A stretch of 32,000 nt of DNA from Candidatus Nanosynbacter sp. BB002 (GCF_037013405.1 NZ_CP146064.1:30001-62000); one strand, 5' to 3'. Numbered from the stretch's first letter, positions 7,899 through 16,473 are shown. Notes: generated from the letters alone by a model not told the origin. Numbers and translations are program-made.

Positions 7899-10304
7899 AT
7901 GAGTGTCATTCATGTCGTCAAACGAGACGGGACGAAAGAGCCGTTTGATGCAAATAAAATCAACATAGCGTTGCTGAAGGCGGCAGAGGGGTTGCCTGAT
8001 CAAGTATCCAAGGTCGTGCAGGTGGCTACTGAACTGCAGCTGACATTGTTTGACGGCATTACGACTGAGCAGCTCGACCAAGCGGTCATCCAGACAACCT
8101 TGCAGAATGTTAAAGACGATCCAGATTATGACAAGATCGCGGCACGGCTGTTGTTAAAAAATATTTATAAAAACACCCTAGATGATTATGAAACCGCTGA
8201 TGAGCTAAAGAAATTGCACGCAAAGAAATTTCCTCAGTTCGTGAAGGATGCAGTAAAGGTTGGGCTACTGGACCAGCGGATGACTGACGGTAGGTTTGAT
8301 TTGAAAAAGCTTGGTGAAGCGCTTGATCCTGCTAAAGACGACCTCAGTAAGTACCTCGGTGTCATCACTAACCGTAACCGCTACGCCCTGCGTAAACATG
8401 GTAGTGAGCCAATTGAACCACCACAATTTACTCACATGCGTATCGCTATGGGACTGAGCTACAATGAAAAAGATCCGACGGCTGCAGCAATCGATTTTTA
8501 CAATCACATGAGTAGCCTGGAGTATGTGCCAGGTGGTTCAACCCGCGTCAATGCCGGTGGTTCATTCCCGCAGCTCAGTAACTGTTTCTTGCTGAACGTT
8601 GATGATGATATGGAATCAATCGCCAAGGCGGTGCGTGACACGATGTGGATCGCCAAGGGTACTGGTGGTATCGGTATCGGCTTTACTAAATTGCGGGCAT
8701 CTGGCAGTCCAGTCAAGACAACCAATACGGTAAGTACTGGACCAATTCCATTTATCAAGATGATCGATACGGCGCTATTTGCCGTCTCCCGTAAGGGTAA
8801 AAAGATGGGTGCAGCGGCAGTATATATGGAAAACTGGCATATTGATTTTAGGGAGTTTATCGACCTGCGTTCTAACTCCGGTGACCCATACATGCGAACG
8901 CGTTTTGCTAACACTGCGGTGTTTATCTCTGACGAATTTATGAAGCGGGTACAAAAAGACCAAGATTGGTACTTGTTTGACCCAGCAGATACGCCAGATC
9001 TACCAGAACTGTACGGTGAAGGATTTTCCGCGCGCTACAAAGAGTACATTAAACTAGCCGAGGCTGGTAAAATGCGCGTCTTTGAAAAGACATCAGCTCG
9101 CCAGCAATTCAAACAGATTTTGACCAGTCTACAGGCTACCAGCCACCCATGGCTCACCTGGAAAGACACTATCAATGTGCGAGCATTGAACAATAACACG
9201 GGTACGATTCACCTGTCTAACCTCTGTACGGAAATTACCTTACCGCAGGACAAAGACAACATTGCTACCTGTAACCTGGTGAGTATCAACTTATCAGCCT
9301 TTTTGAACAAAGATAAGACGTGGGATTGGGATCGACTCAAAGAAGCATCGCGAGCAGCGGTACGCCAACTGGACAACTTGGTAGATATCACCCAGACGCC
9401 GATTCCGGAAGCTATGCACTCAAACAACCAAACGCGGGCAATTGGTTTGGGGATAATGGGCTTTACTGATGTGCTCGAAAAACTTGGTTACTGCTATGAG
9501 TCTAAGGAGTCGTATAGCTTGATTGATACACTGACCGAGTTCATCAGCTATCACGCCATCGACCAATCAGCAGACTTGGCACAGGAGCTGGGCAGCTATC
9601 CTACCTACAAGGGCAGCGGTTGGAGTAAGGGTATTTTGCCGATTGACACCCTGGAGACGCTGTCTACCGACCGCAAGGTAAAGGTGAAGATTGACCACAA
9701 ATCGAGCCTTGATTGGGATTCACTGCGAGTGAAAGTGAAAAAGGGTATGCGCAATGCGACACTGATGGCTATCGCGCCGACGGCGAACATTGGCCACATT
9801 GCCGGTACCACGCCAGGCATCGATCCGCAGTTTGCACAAATTTTTAGCCGCTCAACGTTGAATGGTAAGTTTTTGGAGGTAAATAATAACCTGGTGCGCG
9901 ACCTTAAGGCGCTCAATTTGTGGGATGACATCAAGGAAGAGGTATTTGCTAACCAAGGTGACATTCAACACATTGATGCTATTCCGCAGAAGCTAAAAGA
10001 TGTCTATAAAACCAGTTTCCAATTAAGCCCATATGCGTTCATTGAAGTGGCGGCACGAGCACAAAAATGGGTCGATCAGGCGATTAGCCGCAATATGTAC
10101 TTGGAAACGCGCGATATTGATGAATATGTGGAAATTTATTCTGAAGCGTGGCGTCGTGGTTTGAAAACGACCTACTATCTACACGTTAAACCACGTCACC
10201 AATCAGAACAAACCACGGTTTCGGTGGAAAAAATTGCTGAGCAAAAGATTAGAACAGGTGCAGGCAAGGCGCGTGGCTTTGGCTTTGCGAAAATTAATAA
10301 ATAA
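7899..10304 (+). CDS. nrdA: Ribonucleoside-diphosphate reductase alpha subunit (class I R1) with N-terminal ATP-cone
   Basis: ATP-cone is VVKRDGTKEPFDANKI. Active-site motifs are LSNCFLL, NLCTEI and ATCNLVSINL. Strong SD AAGGGAGG. No cysteines occur in the last 38 residues. Confidence 0.95.
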   Translation: MSVIHVVKRDGTKEPFDANKINIALLKAAEGLPDQVSKVVQVATELQLTLFDGITTEQLDQAVIQTTLQNVKDDPDYDKIAARLLLKNIYKNTLDDYETADELKKLHAKKFPQFVKDAVKVGLLDQRMTDGRFDLKKLGEALDPAKDDLSKYLGVITNRNRYALRKHGSEPIEPPQFTHMRIAMGLSYNEKDPTAAAIDFYNHMSSLEYVPGGSTRVNAGGSFPQLSNCFLLNVDDDMESIAKAVRDTMWIAKGTGGIGIGFTKLRASGSPVKTTNTVSTGPIPFIKMIDTALFAVSRKGKKMGAAAVYMENWHIDFREFIDLRSNSGDPYMRTRFANTAVFISDEFMKRVQKDQDWYLFDPADTPDLPELYGEGFSARYKEYIKLAEAGKMRVFEKTSARQQFKQILTSLQATSHPWLTWKDTINVRALNNNTGTIHLSNLCTEITLPQDKDNIATCNLVSINLSAFLNKDKTWDWDRLKEASRAAVRQLDNLVDITQTPIPEAMHSNNQTRAIGLGIMGFTDVLEKLGYCYESKESYSLIDTLTEFISYHAIDQSADLAQELGSYPTYKGSGWSKGILPIDTLETLSTDRKVKVKIDHKSSLDWDSLRVKVKKGMRNATLMAIAPTANIGHIAGTTPGIDPQFAQIFSRSTLNGKFLEVNNNLVRDLKALNLWDDIKEEVFANQGDIQHIDAIPQKLKDVYKTSFQLSPYAFIEVAARAQKWVDQAISRNMYLETRDIDEYVEIYSEAWRRGLKTTYYLHVKPRHQSEQTTVSVEKIAEQKIRTGAGKARGFGFAKINK

Positions 10305-10315
10305 AGGGGGTTATC

Positions 10316-11317
10316 ATGTCAGACTATACACATCCAAAAGGTGGAATTTTAGGCTCGGGGCTGCGCGACGGACTGAGTTTACACCCAATTCGTTACCCAT
10401 GGGCATACGATCTATACAACCAAGCGGTGGCTAACACTTGGTTTCCTAATGAAGTTCAGCTAGCACAAGACTTGATGGATTTTGAAAAACTTAGTGACGA
10501 AGAAAAGCACGCGCTCAAAACCGTCATTAGCTACCTCAATCCGAACGAGCTATTGATCAACAAGTCGTTAGCCTTTGGCATTTACCCATATGTTAATGCT
10601 GCTGAAGCGCAACTGTATCTGTCAAAGCAGATGTGGGAAGAGGCCAATCACTTTATGACCTTTGAATACATCATCGAGACCTTTCCGTTTGATCGCGAGG
10701 AGATTTACGCGGCGGGCTTTGGCAAAAAATCGCTGGCTGACAAGGCGAACTTCCAGAACAAGCACCTGGATGTCATGCTTGATCCAAATCTCGACATCTA
10801 TACCTTGGAGGGTAAGAAAAACTTTGTTCGCTCACTGGTGGCGTATAACATCGTACTGGAAGGTATTTGGTTCTACTCGGGCTTTATGGTTGGTATGAGC
10901 TTCCGTCAGCGCAACTTGCTGCGTAATGTCGGTACGCTACTGGACTGGATCACCAAGGATGAGAATCTGCACTTGACCTTTGGTATCAACTTGCTACTCA
11001 CCATTTTGGACGAAAACCCAGAACTGCAAACACAGGAATTTGCCGAGGAAATTCGCAACCTCATCCTGCAGGCGGTTGAGCTAGAAAAAGAGTACAACAA
11101 GGACATGTTGCCAAAGGGAATCCTTGGCTTGAACGCTGATTATGTCAATCAATACGTCATGCACATGACCGACCGCCGCTTGGTCGAGCTTGGCTTTGAG
11201 CCTGAATACAACGTGGCCAACCCAGCCAAGTGGATGGCTACCGCAAACGATACCCTGGAACTCGTCAATTTCTTTGAGAGCACTAACACTAGCTATGAAG
11301 TAAATACCACGAAATAA
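10316..11317 (+). CDS. nrdB: Ribonucleotide reductase beta subunit (R2), class Ic-like (Phe at the radical-Tyr position)
   Basis: Ligand pattern is E78, E109-x2-H112, E182 and E216-x2-H219, with E. coli-like spacing of 31 and 34 residues. F116 lies at His+4. A tyrosine is present in the C-terminal tail (TSYEV). Confidence 0.9.
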   Translation: MSDYTHPKGGILGSGLRDGLSLHPIRYPWAYDLYNQAVANTWFPNEVQLAQDLMDFEKLSDEEKHALKTVISYLNPNELLINKSLAFGIYPYVNAAEAQLYLSKQMWEEANHFMTFEYIIETFPFDREEIYAAGFGKKSLADKANFQNKHLDVMLDPNLDIYTLEGKKNFVRSLVAYNIVLEGIWFYSGFMVGMSFRQRNLLRNVGTLLDWITKDENLHLTFGINLLLTILDENPELQTQEFAEEIRNLILQAVELEKEYNKDMLPKGILGLNADYVNQYVMHMTDRRLVELGFEPEYNVANPAKWMATANDTLELVNFFESTNTSYEVNTTK

Positions 11318-11322
11318 CTACT

Positions 11323-11721
11323 ATGGACAAAATTACAACAGACATTTTAGACACCGTGGAAGTTGGCGCTTTGGCTACCGTTAATCGTGACAGAACACCG
11401 CTAGTGACGCCGCTCCACTTTGTACGTTATAAAAATGACAACATTATTTGGATTTCTGACCGACAATCTCGTCACGCCGTCAATGCTTACCGCAGTGGTG
11501 TTGTCGAATTTGTGGTTTGGAACGATCAAAAGAGTGCTGTATTTTTGACGACAATAGTACAAGAGCTACCGGAGGAAGAGGAAGCAGCGGCCTTGGAGGC
11601 TTATGCTAACAAGCTGGGTGACTTTATGCCACGCGTCGAACATAGGCAAATTTACATCATGCCAATCGGCAATCTTGATGAAAAAACTACAACAGGAAAT
11701 TGGCTGCACTATATTGCATAG
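11323..11721 (+). CDS. Pyridoxamine 5'-phosphate oxidase-like FMN-binding split-barrel family protein
   Basis: The 132-aa sequence VGALATVNRDRTPLVTPLHFV...IIWISDRQSRHAVNAYRSGVVEFVVW fits the PNPOx-like pattern. It starts 5 nt after the nrdB stop and has no SD. Confidence 0.65.
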   Translation: MDKITTDILDTVEVGALATVNRDRTPLVTPLHFVRYKNDNIIWISDRQSRHAVNAYRSGVVEFVVWNDQKSAVFLTTIVQELPEEEEAAALEAYANKLGDFMPRVEHRQIYIMPIGNLDEKTTTGNWLHYIA

Positions 11722-11781
11722 CCGCTACATATAGCGTATTATAAGCATAAGCAGATACTAAATATATAGAAAGACAGGAAC

Positions 11782-11955
11782 ATGAACGCAAGTCAAATTA
11801 TTTCTGACGACATGACATTGGAAGAAAAATTAAGTGCTATCGACGCAGCGATGAAAGCAGTCCAGCAGGCAGCCGACGACCAGGCAAAAAAATCTGGTGG
11901 CATTGCAGCACCGCTCGATCCCGCAAGTTTGACAGTGTGTGACGGTTGTGAATAA
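11782..11955 (+). CDS. Unannotated small ORF (57 aa) ending in a C-terminal CxxC (…PLDPASLTVCDGCE)
   Basis: My own translation gives MNASQIISDDMTLEEKLSAIDAAMKAVQQAADDQAKKSGGIAAPLDPASLTVCDGCE. It is below the ORF-track size cutoff. An intrinsic terminator follows 6 nt after the stop. Translation signals are weak. Confidence 0.4.
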   Translation: MNASQIISDDMTLEEKLSAIDAAMKAVQQAADDQAKKSGGIAAPLDPASLTVCDGCE

Positions 11956-11961
11956 AACAAC

Positions 11962-11987
11962 AGAGGTGTCGATTCGGCGCCTCTTTT
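11962..11987 (+). terminator. Intrinsic terminator closing the nrd transcription unit
   Basis: The stem AGAGGTGTC / GGCGCCTCT is 9 bp including G-U pairs, with a 5-nt loop, followed by TTTT. Confidence 0.75.
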
Positions 11988-12004
11988 GATAGGTTGGAGA
12001 AGTG

Positions 12005-13582
12005 ATGACGAAGAAGTATATTTTTGTAACTGGTGGAGTGCTGTCTGGTGTTGGTAAGGGAATCACGGCGGCAAGTATTGGTGCGGTGTTGCAAGCCAAA
12101 GGCTTGTCAGTGTCCGTACAAAAGTGTGATCCATACTTGAATGTTGACGCTGGATTATTAAATCCGAAAGAACACGGTGAATGCTTTGTAACCAAAGATG
12201 GTGCCGAGACTGATTTGGACCTAGGACACTATGAACGCTTTTTGGATTTGGAGTTGACGCAGAAAAATACTACCCTGTCAGGTCGACTATTGCGTGATCT
12301 CATCGCTGATGAACGAGCTGGTAAATTTGGTGGGCAAACAGTGCAGCTAGTGCCACATTTGACCAATGCTATTAAAAAATCTATTCACGAAGCAGCTGAG
12401 GGCGATGTTCACATTGTGGAAATTGGCGGTACGGTCGGGGACTACGAAGGTCTGAGCTTTATTGAAGCAATTCGTGATTTTTCACAAGAAGTAGGCAGGA
12501 ATAATTGCCTCTTTGTTCATGTGGTGTATGTGCCGTTTTTGGAAGCGAGTCAGGAGTACAAAACAAAGCCTGCACAAAATGCCATGGCGGAGCTTCGTAG
12601 CTTTGGGATCATGCCAGACGTCGTGGCGGTGCGGACCGAGGGTCATGATAAACCGCCGCGTAGTGTTGGCGAAAAAATCGCTATCTCATCTGGCGTACGT
12701 CCTGAAGGTATCATCATGATGCCAAATGTCAATACTGTGTATGAAGTGCCGTTGACGGTTGCGCGTGACTTGGGACCAATGTTGAGTGAATTTACTGGAG
12801 TAACAATGGAGCCTGATTTGACTCGCTGGGAAAATCTCGCCACGCGTGACACGACTGATTACGCTCGTGAAGTAACCGTTGGTCTGGTGGCAAAATATAT
12901 TGACAATACCGATACGTATTTGTCGGTGACTGAAGCGCTCAAATCGGCAGCCTGGGCGGAGAATTGTGAAGTCAATATACGGTGGATAAATTCAGAGACT
13001 GCCAGTGATGACGATTTTGCTGAGGTTGATGCTGTGTTGGTGCCGGGCGGATTTGGCTCACGCGGTGTTGAAGGAAAAATTGCAGCGGCGACGTATTGTC
13101 TGGAGCACAATAAACCATATTTGGGTATTTGTTTGGGTATGCAAACAGCGGTGATTGCCGCGGCGCGTCGAGGTGGCGTGGACAGTGCTAACAGTGAAGA
13201 ATTTGGTGCAGGTCAGGGCACGAACGTGATTTATCTAATGGATGGGCAGGCAGGTAAAGAGTCGACTGGTGGCACGATGCGCCTTGGTGATTATCCGGCA
13301 GTGCTGAAAGAAGGCTCACTCGTGGCAAAGACGTATGGTACGACAGAGGTGACAGAGCGACACCGCCACCGATATGAGGTGAATCAGGATTTTGTTCAGG
13401 CGATTGAACAAGGTGGTTTGGTTGTTTCGGGCACCTCGCCAGATGGTAGATTGGTTGAATTTGTGGAATCGCCGCACTGCAACTATTTCGTTGCTACACA
13501 AGCTCACCCAGAGTTTAAATCTCGTCCATTTCGGCCACACCCGCTCTTTGATGGACTCATTAGAGCAGCTGCTTCCAGATAG
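12005..13582 (+). CDS. pyrG: CTP synthase
   Basis: Begins MTKKYIFVTGGVLSGVGKG. The glutamine amidotransferase motif is GICLGMQ, with a HPEF motif near the C-terminus. ATG 12005 is preferred over GTG 12002 on SD spacing. Confidence 0.95.
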   Translation: MTKKYIFVTGGVLSGVGKGITAASIGAVLQAKGLSVSVQKCDPYLNVDAGLLNPKEHGECFVTKDGAETDLDLGHYERFLDLELTQKNTTLSGRLLRDLIADERAGKFGGQTVQLVPHLTNAIKKSIHEAAEGDVHIVEIGGTVGDYEGLSFIEAIRDFSQEVGRNNCLFVHVVYVPFLEASQEYKTKPAQNAMAELRSFGIMPDVVAVRTEGHDKPPRSVGEKIAISSGVRPEGIIMMPNVNTVYEVPLTVARDLGPMLSEFTGVTMEPDLTRWENLATRDTTDYAREVTVGLVAKYIDNTDTYLSVTEALKSAAWAENCEVNIRWINSETASDDDFAEVDAVLVPGGFGSRGVEGKIAAATYCLEHNKPYLGICLGMQTAVIAAARRGGVDSANSEEFGAGQGTNVIYLMDGQAGKESTGGTMRLGDYPAVLKEGSLVAKTYGTTEVTERHRHRYEVNQDFVQAIEQGGLVVSGTSPDGRLVEFVESPHCNYFVATQAHPEFKSRPFRPHPLFDGLIRAAASR

Positions 13583-13634
13583 AGCCAAGTAGTATTAGCG
13601 GACGGGTTTCAAGATAAGCTTAAACACTTACCTA

Positions 13635-13664
13635 TTGACATTATAGGGTTTTATATGATATAAT
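13635..13664 (+). promoter_or_regulatory. Promoter TTGACA-18-TGaTATAAT; the -10 ends 6 nt before ATG 13671 (predicted leaderless)
   Basis: TTGACA is at 13635-13640 and TATAAT at 13659-13664 with TG at 13656-13657. AAAAGT then precedes the ATG. Confidence 0.6.
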
Positions 13665-13670
13665 AAAAGT

Positions 13671-14525
13671 ATGGAACCATCTGAAAAAACGTTTTTATCT
13701 AGGCACCCTGCAGTGAAAAAAATGAAAGCCGCTAGTGAAGAGTTAGGATTGCCAAAAGCGGATATTCGTTTGTCTTTGGGTCTGAGGGCTTTGATGGGTG
13801 TAATGCATGGTCGCGGCAATGTTGATATATCTGGTGAAGATAATCTAATTGAAGCAGTAGAAAGAGCTAAGGAGAAGAACAGGGGACTTGTGGTGATTAC
13901 ATCACATGAGTCTGGGCTTGATGTGCCTACTGCTAGCTATTTAGCCTCTTTGGTGGGTAAGACTAGTATCGGGATAGCTTCAACCAACGGTGATTGGATA
14001 AAAGAAGGTGTGGGTGGATTTAATCCGGAGCCTATACAATATGTTTTAACGGGAAGAGAAAACTTTATCCCTGTACCGTATACATGGATGGATAGGAAAA
14101 ATAAAAAACCAGCCCCTTTTTCTGAAGATGATTATAAGGAGGCTGTTGAGCGAGTTAAAGATGGTGAGATATTAGTTATGGCAGGGTTTTCAGACCACGA
14201 ATCAGTGGAGCATCGTAAGCTTGGTTCTGCGGCGGCACATATTGCCCTAGAGGCCGGTGTTGAGATTCTACCGATATCTATCTCAAGCGATAAGGCGGAG
14301 GATTTTTCTGGTGGACCATCTGCGGCTGTATTAAAGGATCATGGACTAAAAATTAATATTGGTGATAGTAGGGACAACTGGCTTAGTACAATTCAACATT
14401 CTTATGCAGAGGCTAGTCCAGAGACGAGAAAGGCTATGCGGAATAAGCTGAAGAAGATTTTGGCGAAGGGTAGTGTATTTAAGGGAATAGTCAGTAAGGG
14501 TGATCGTCACTTGCCTAAAGAATAA
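13671..14525 (+). CDS. Divergent lysophospholipid/glycerolipid acyltransferase (LPLAT, PlsC-like) family protein
   Basis: HX4D motif is VVITSHESGLDVP. The later block EILVMAGFSDHES...GAAAHIALEAGVEILPISIS aligns to the FPEG / VPIVPV blocks. Confidence 0.55.
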   Translation: MEPSEKTFLSRHPAVKKMKAASEELGLPKADIRLSLGLRALMGVMHGRGNVDISGEDNLIEAVERAKEKNRGLVVITSHESGLDVPTASYLASLVGKTSIGIASTNGDWIKEGVGGFNPEPIQYVLTGRENFIPVPYTWMDRKNKKPAPFSEDDYKEAVERVKDGEILVMAGFSDHESVEHRKLGSAAAHIALEAGVEILPISISSDKAEDFSGGPSAAVLKDHGLKINIGDSRDNWLSTIQHSYAEASPETRKAMRNKLKKILAKGSVFKGIVSKGDRHLPKE

Positions 14526-14548
14526 ATTAACTTACCGAACACATCTCA

Positions 14549-14577
14549 TTGACAAATTAAAAATAATATGATACTAT
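14549..14577 (+). promoter_or_regulatory. Strong sigma70-type promoter about 200 nt upstream of argS
   Basis: TTGACA (14549-14554), 17-nt spacer, TACTAT (14572-14577), with TG in the extended -10 position. Confidence 0.6.
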
Positions 14578-14592
14578 CATAACATATAAAGA

Positions 14593-14760
14593 ATGAAACA
14601 AAAAAGGAAATTAATAGCTGAAGAGCAAGCGTTATCACAGCAACCACAAGCGTTGCCTACACAGGATGATTTATCAACGTTGTCGTATATTTTGCGTCAT
14701 GTCCGGGGATCGAGTTTAATCTCCGCCACGGCGTTGGACTTGGACATAGTGGAAGACTAG
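14593..14760 (+). CDS. Possible small ORF (55 aa) within the argS leader; alternatively a non-coding leader RNA
   Basis: My own translation gives MKQKRKLIAEEQALSQQPQALPTQDDLSTLSYILRHVRGSSLISATALDLDIVED. It has no SD and I recognise no family. Confidence 0.25.
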   Translation: MKQKRKLIAEEQALSQQPQALPTQDDLSTLSYILRHVRGSSLISATALDLDIVED

Positions 14761-14779
14761 TTGATCTGGTGGTATACTG

Positions 14780-16417
14780 GTGGTGATGGAACACACAATT
14801 CAAGAAGTTATTGCAAAGCTATTTAATATTGAAACGACGGTGCAGTTGACGCGTCCTGATCCAAAGTTTGGTGACTTTGCGACGAATGTGGCGCTGCAGC
14901 TAGCGAAGCCCTTGGGTAAAAATCCACGTGAGATTGCCGAGGCGATCGCAGAAGAGTTGCGTGGTCATGAGGAGTTGGGCGAGGTGAGCGTGGCTGGACC
15001 AGGCTTTATCAACGTGACGTTAAGCGACCAAGCAGTGCTGGAGTCATTGAAAGTGCGACCGGCCACCAATCGTTCAGGCCAAACGGTCGTTATTGAAACT
15101 AATTGTCCAAATCCATTCAAAGCTATGCATATTGGTCACGCTTTGAATGCGATTTTGGCGGACACTATGGCAAATTTGCTGGCGGTGGACGGCGCGGCGG
15201 TACATCGGGTGAGTTACCACGGCGACGTCGGCACGCATGTCGGTAAGAGTATGTGGGCGATTCTTCGCGAAATTGACGGCGATGTCGGTAAATTAGAGGC
15301 TATTCCAGCTGACAAGCGCAATGAATTTATGAGCCGTATGTATGTTGAAGGCGCACGGGCAGCTAAAGAATCACCAGAGGCACGAGTAGAGATTGATGAG
15401 CTAGCCAAGCAGTCATTTGTGCTGGATGATCCGCTGTACAAGCAAGTGTACGAGATTTGTAAAGCCTGGAGCTTTGATGAAATTGATGTCAATGTGGCGC
15501 GGCTGGGCAATGTGCCGATTGAGCGGCGTTATGTTGAGAGCGAGACTGAAGTGCCAGGTAAGACCTTGATCAAAGCAAAAACCCCAGAGTTCTTTACCAA
15601 GTCCGATGGTGCGTATATCTTCAAAGGTAGTCAGTATGGTGCGTTTGATAATGTATTTATCGGTTCGCACGGCAACGGGTTGTACGGCGCGCACGATATG
15701 GGGTTGATTCAGCTGAAGCATCAAGATTATCCAAACTTGGACTTGTCAATTACGGTCAATGGCGAAGAGCAGGCGGCGTATTTCCGCGGGGTGATTGCCG
15801 CTAGCGAACTCGCAATTCCAGAATTGAAGGGTAAATTGTTTAATTATGCGACTGGCCTCGTCAAGCTAACAACCGGCAAGATGAGCTCGCGTACTGGTGA
15901 CGTCATTACTATCGATTGGTTATTCAACGAGTTCAAGAAAGCTATCACCCAAGCTGGCGGCGAACCAACCGACGCGGTGGTGGCAGGTGCGCTGCGCTAT
16001 CAATTCCTGAAAGTGAAAATTGGTAGCGACGTGGTGTTTGATATCAATGATGCGGTGAGTCTAACAGGTAACACCGGTAGTTATCTGCAATACGCGCACG
16101 CTCGGGCGCGGGGTATTTTGGCAAAGTCTGAGCAGACAGTTGCTTTCCCGACAGAATTGTTTGATGAAGATCGGCTGCTGGTCAGGAAAATGAGCGAATA
16201 CGCGGAGGCGGTTAACCGAGCTACTGAAAGTCTGGAACCGCATCATGTTTGTGCCTACCTGTTTGAGCTGGCGCAGGAGTTCAATCGTTACTACGAGAAA
16301 AACCAAGTCGTCGGCAGCGACAAAGAAGCGCACCGCGTTGGTCTGGTGGCGGTGTACGCTGATATCTTGAAAGCAGGGTTGACTGTTTTGGGTATTGTAG
16401 CGCCAGAGAGGCTATAA
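14780..16417 (+). CDS. argS: Arginine--tRNA ligase
   Basis: Class I HIGH motif is AMHIGHALN, the KMSK-like motif is GKMSSRTG, and an ArgRS anticodon-binding C-terminus is present. GTG 14780 has GGTGG 7 nt upstream; ATG 14786 is an alternative start. Confidence 0.93.
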   Translation: MVMEHTIQEVIAKLFNIETTVQLTRPDPKFGDFATNVALQLAKPLGKNPREIAEAIAEELRGHEELGEVSVAGPGFINVTLSDQAVLESLKVRPATNRSGQTVVIETNCPNPFKAMHIGHALNAILADTMANLLAVDGAAVHRVSYHGDVGTHVGKSMWAILREIDGDVGKLEAIPADKRNEFMSRMYVEGARAAKESPEARVEIDELAKQSFVLDDPLYKQVYEICKAWSFDEIDVNVARLGNVPIERRYVESETEVPGKTLIKAKTPEFFTKSDGAYIFKGSQYGAFDNVFIGSHGNGLYGAHDMGLIQLKHQDYPNLDLSITVNGEEQAAYFRGVIAASELAIPELKGKLFNYATGLVKLTTGKMSSRTGDVITIDWLFNEFKKAITQAGGEPTDAVVAGALRYQFLKVKIGSDVVFDINDAVSLTGNTGSYLQYAHARARGILAKSEQTVAFPTELFDEDRLLVRKMSEYAEAVNRATESLEPHHVCAYLFELAQEFNRYYEKNQVVGSDKEAHRVGLVAVYADILKAGLTVLGIVAPERL

Positions 16418-16473
16418 GTCGCTCTACATTAAATATGGTACAATCAAGGTGTTACTTAACGTAAAGGAGTTTT

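Noticed and set aside
11830-12195. Minus-strand ORFs (121 aa and 85 aa) spanning the nrd terminator and the pyrG start.
   Set aside because: They run through an intrinsic terminator hairpin and the conserved pyrG N-terminus. They have no motifs or signals and are less plausible than the plus-strand small ORF plus pyrG.
14761-14790. A GGTGGTA-containing tandem repeat as a bona fide T-box antiterminator.
   Set aside because: I could not identify a Stem I specifier loop with an Arg codon, the conserved distal-loop motifs, or competing terminator/antiterminator helices by eye. It is kept only as a question inside the argS-leader finding.
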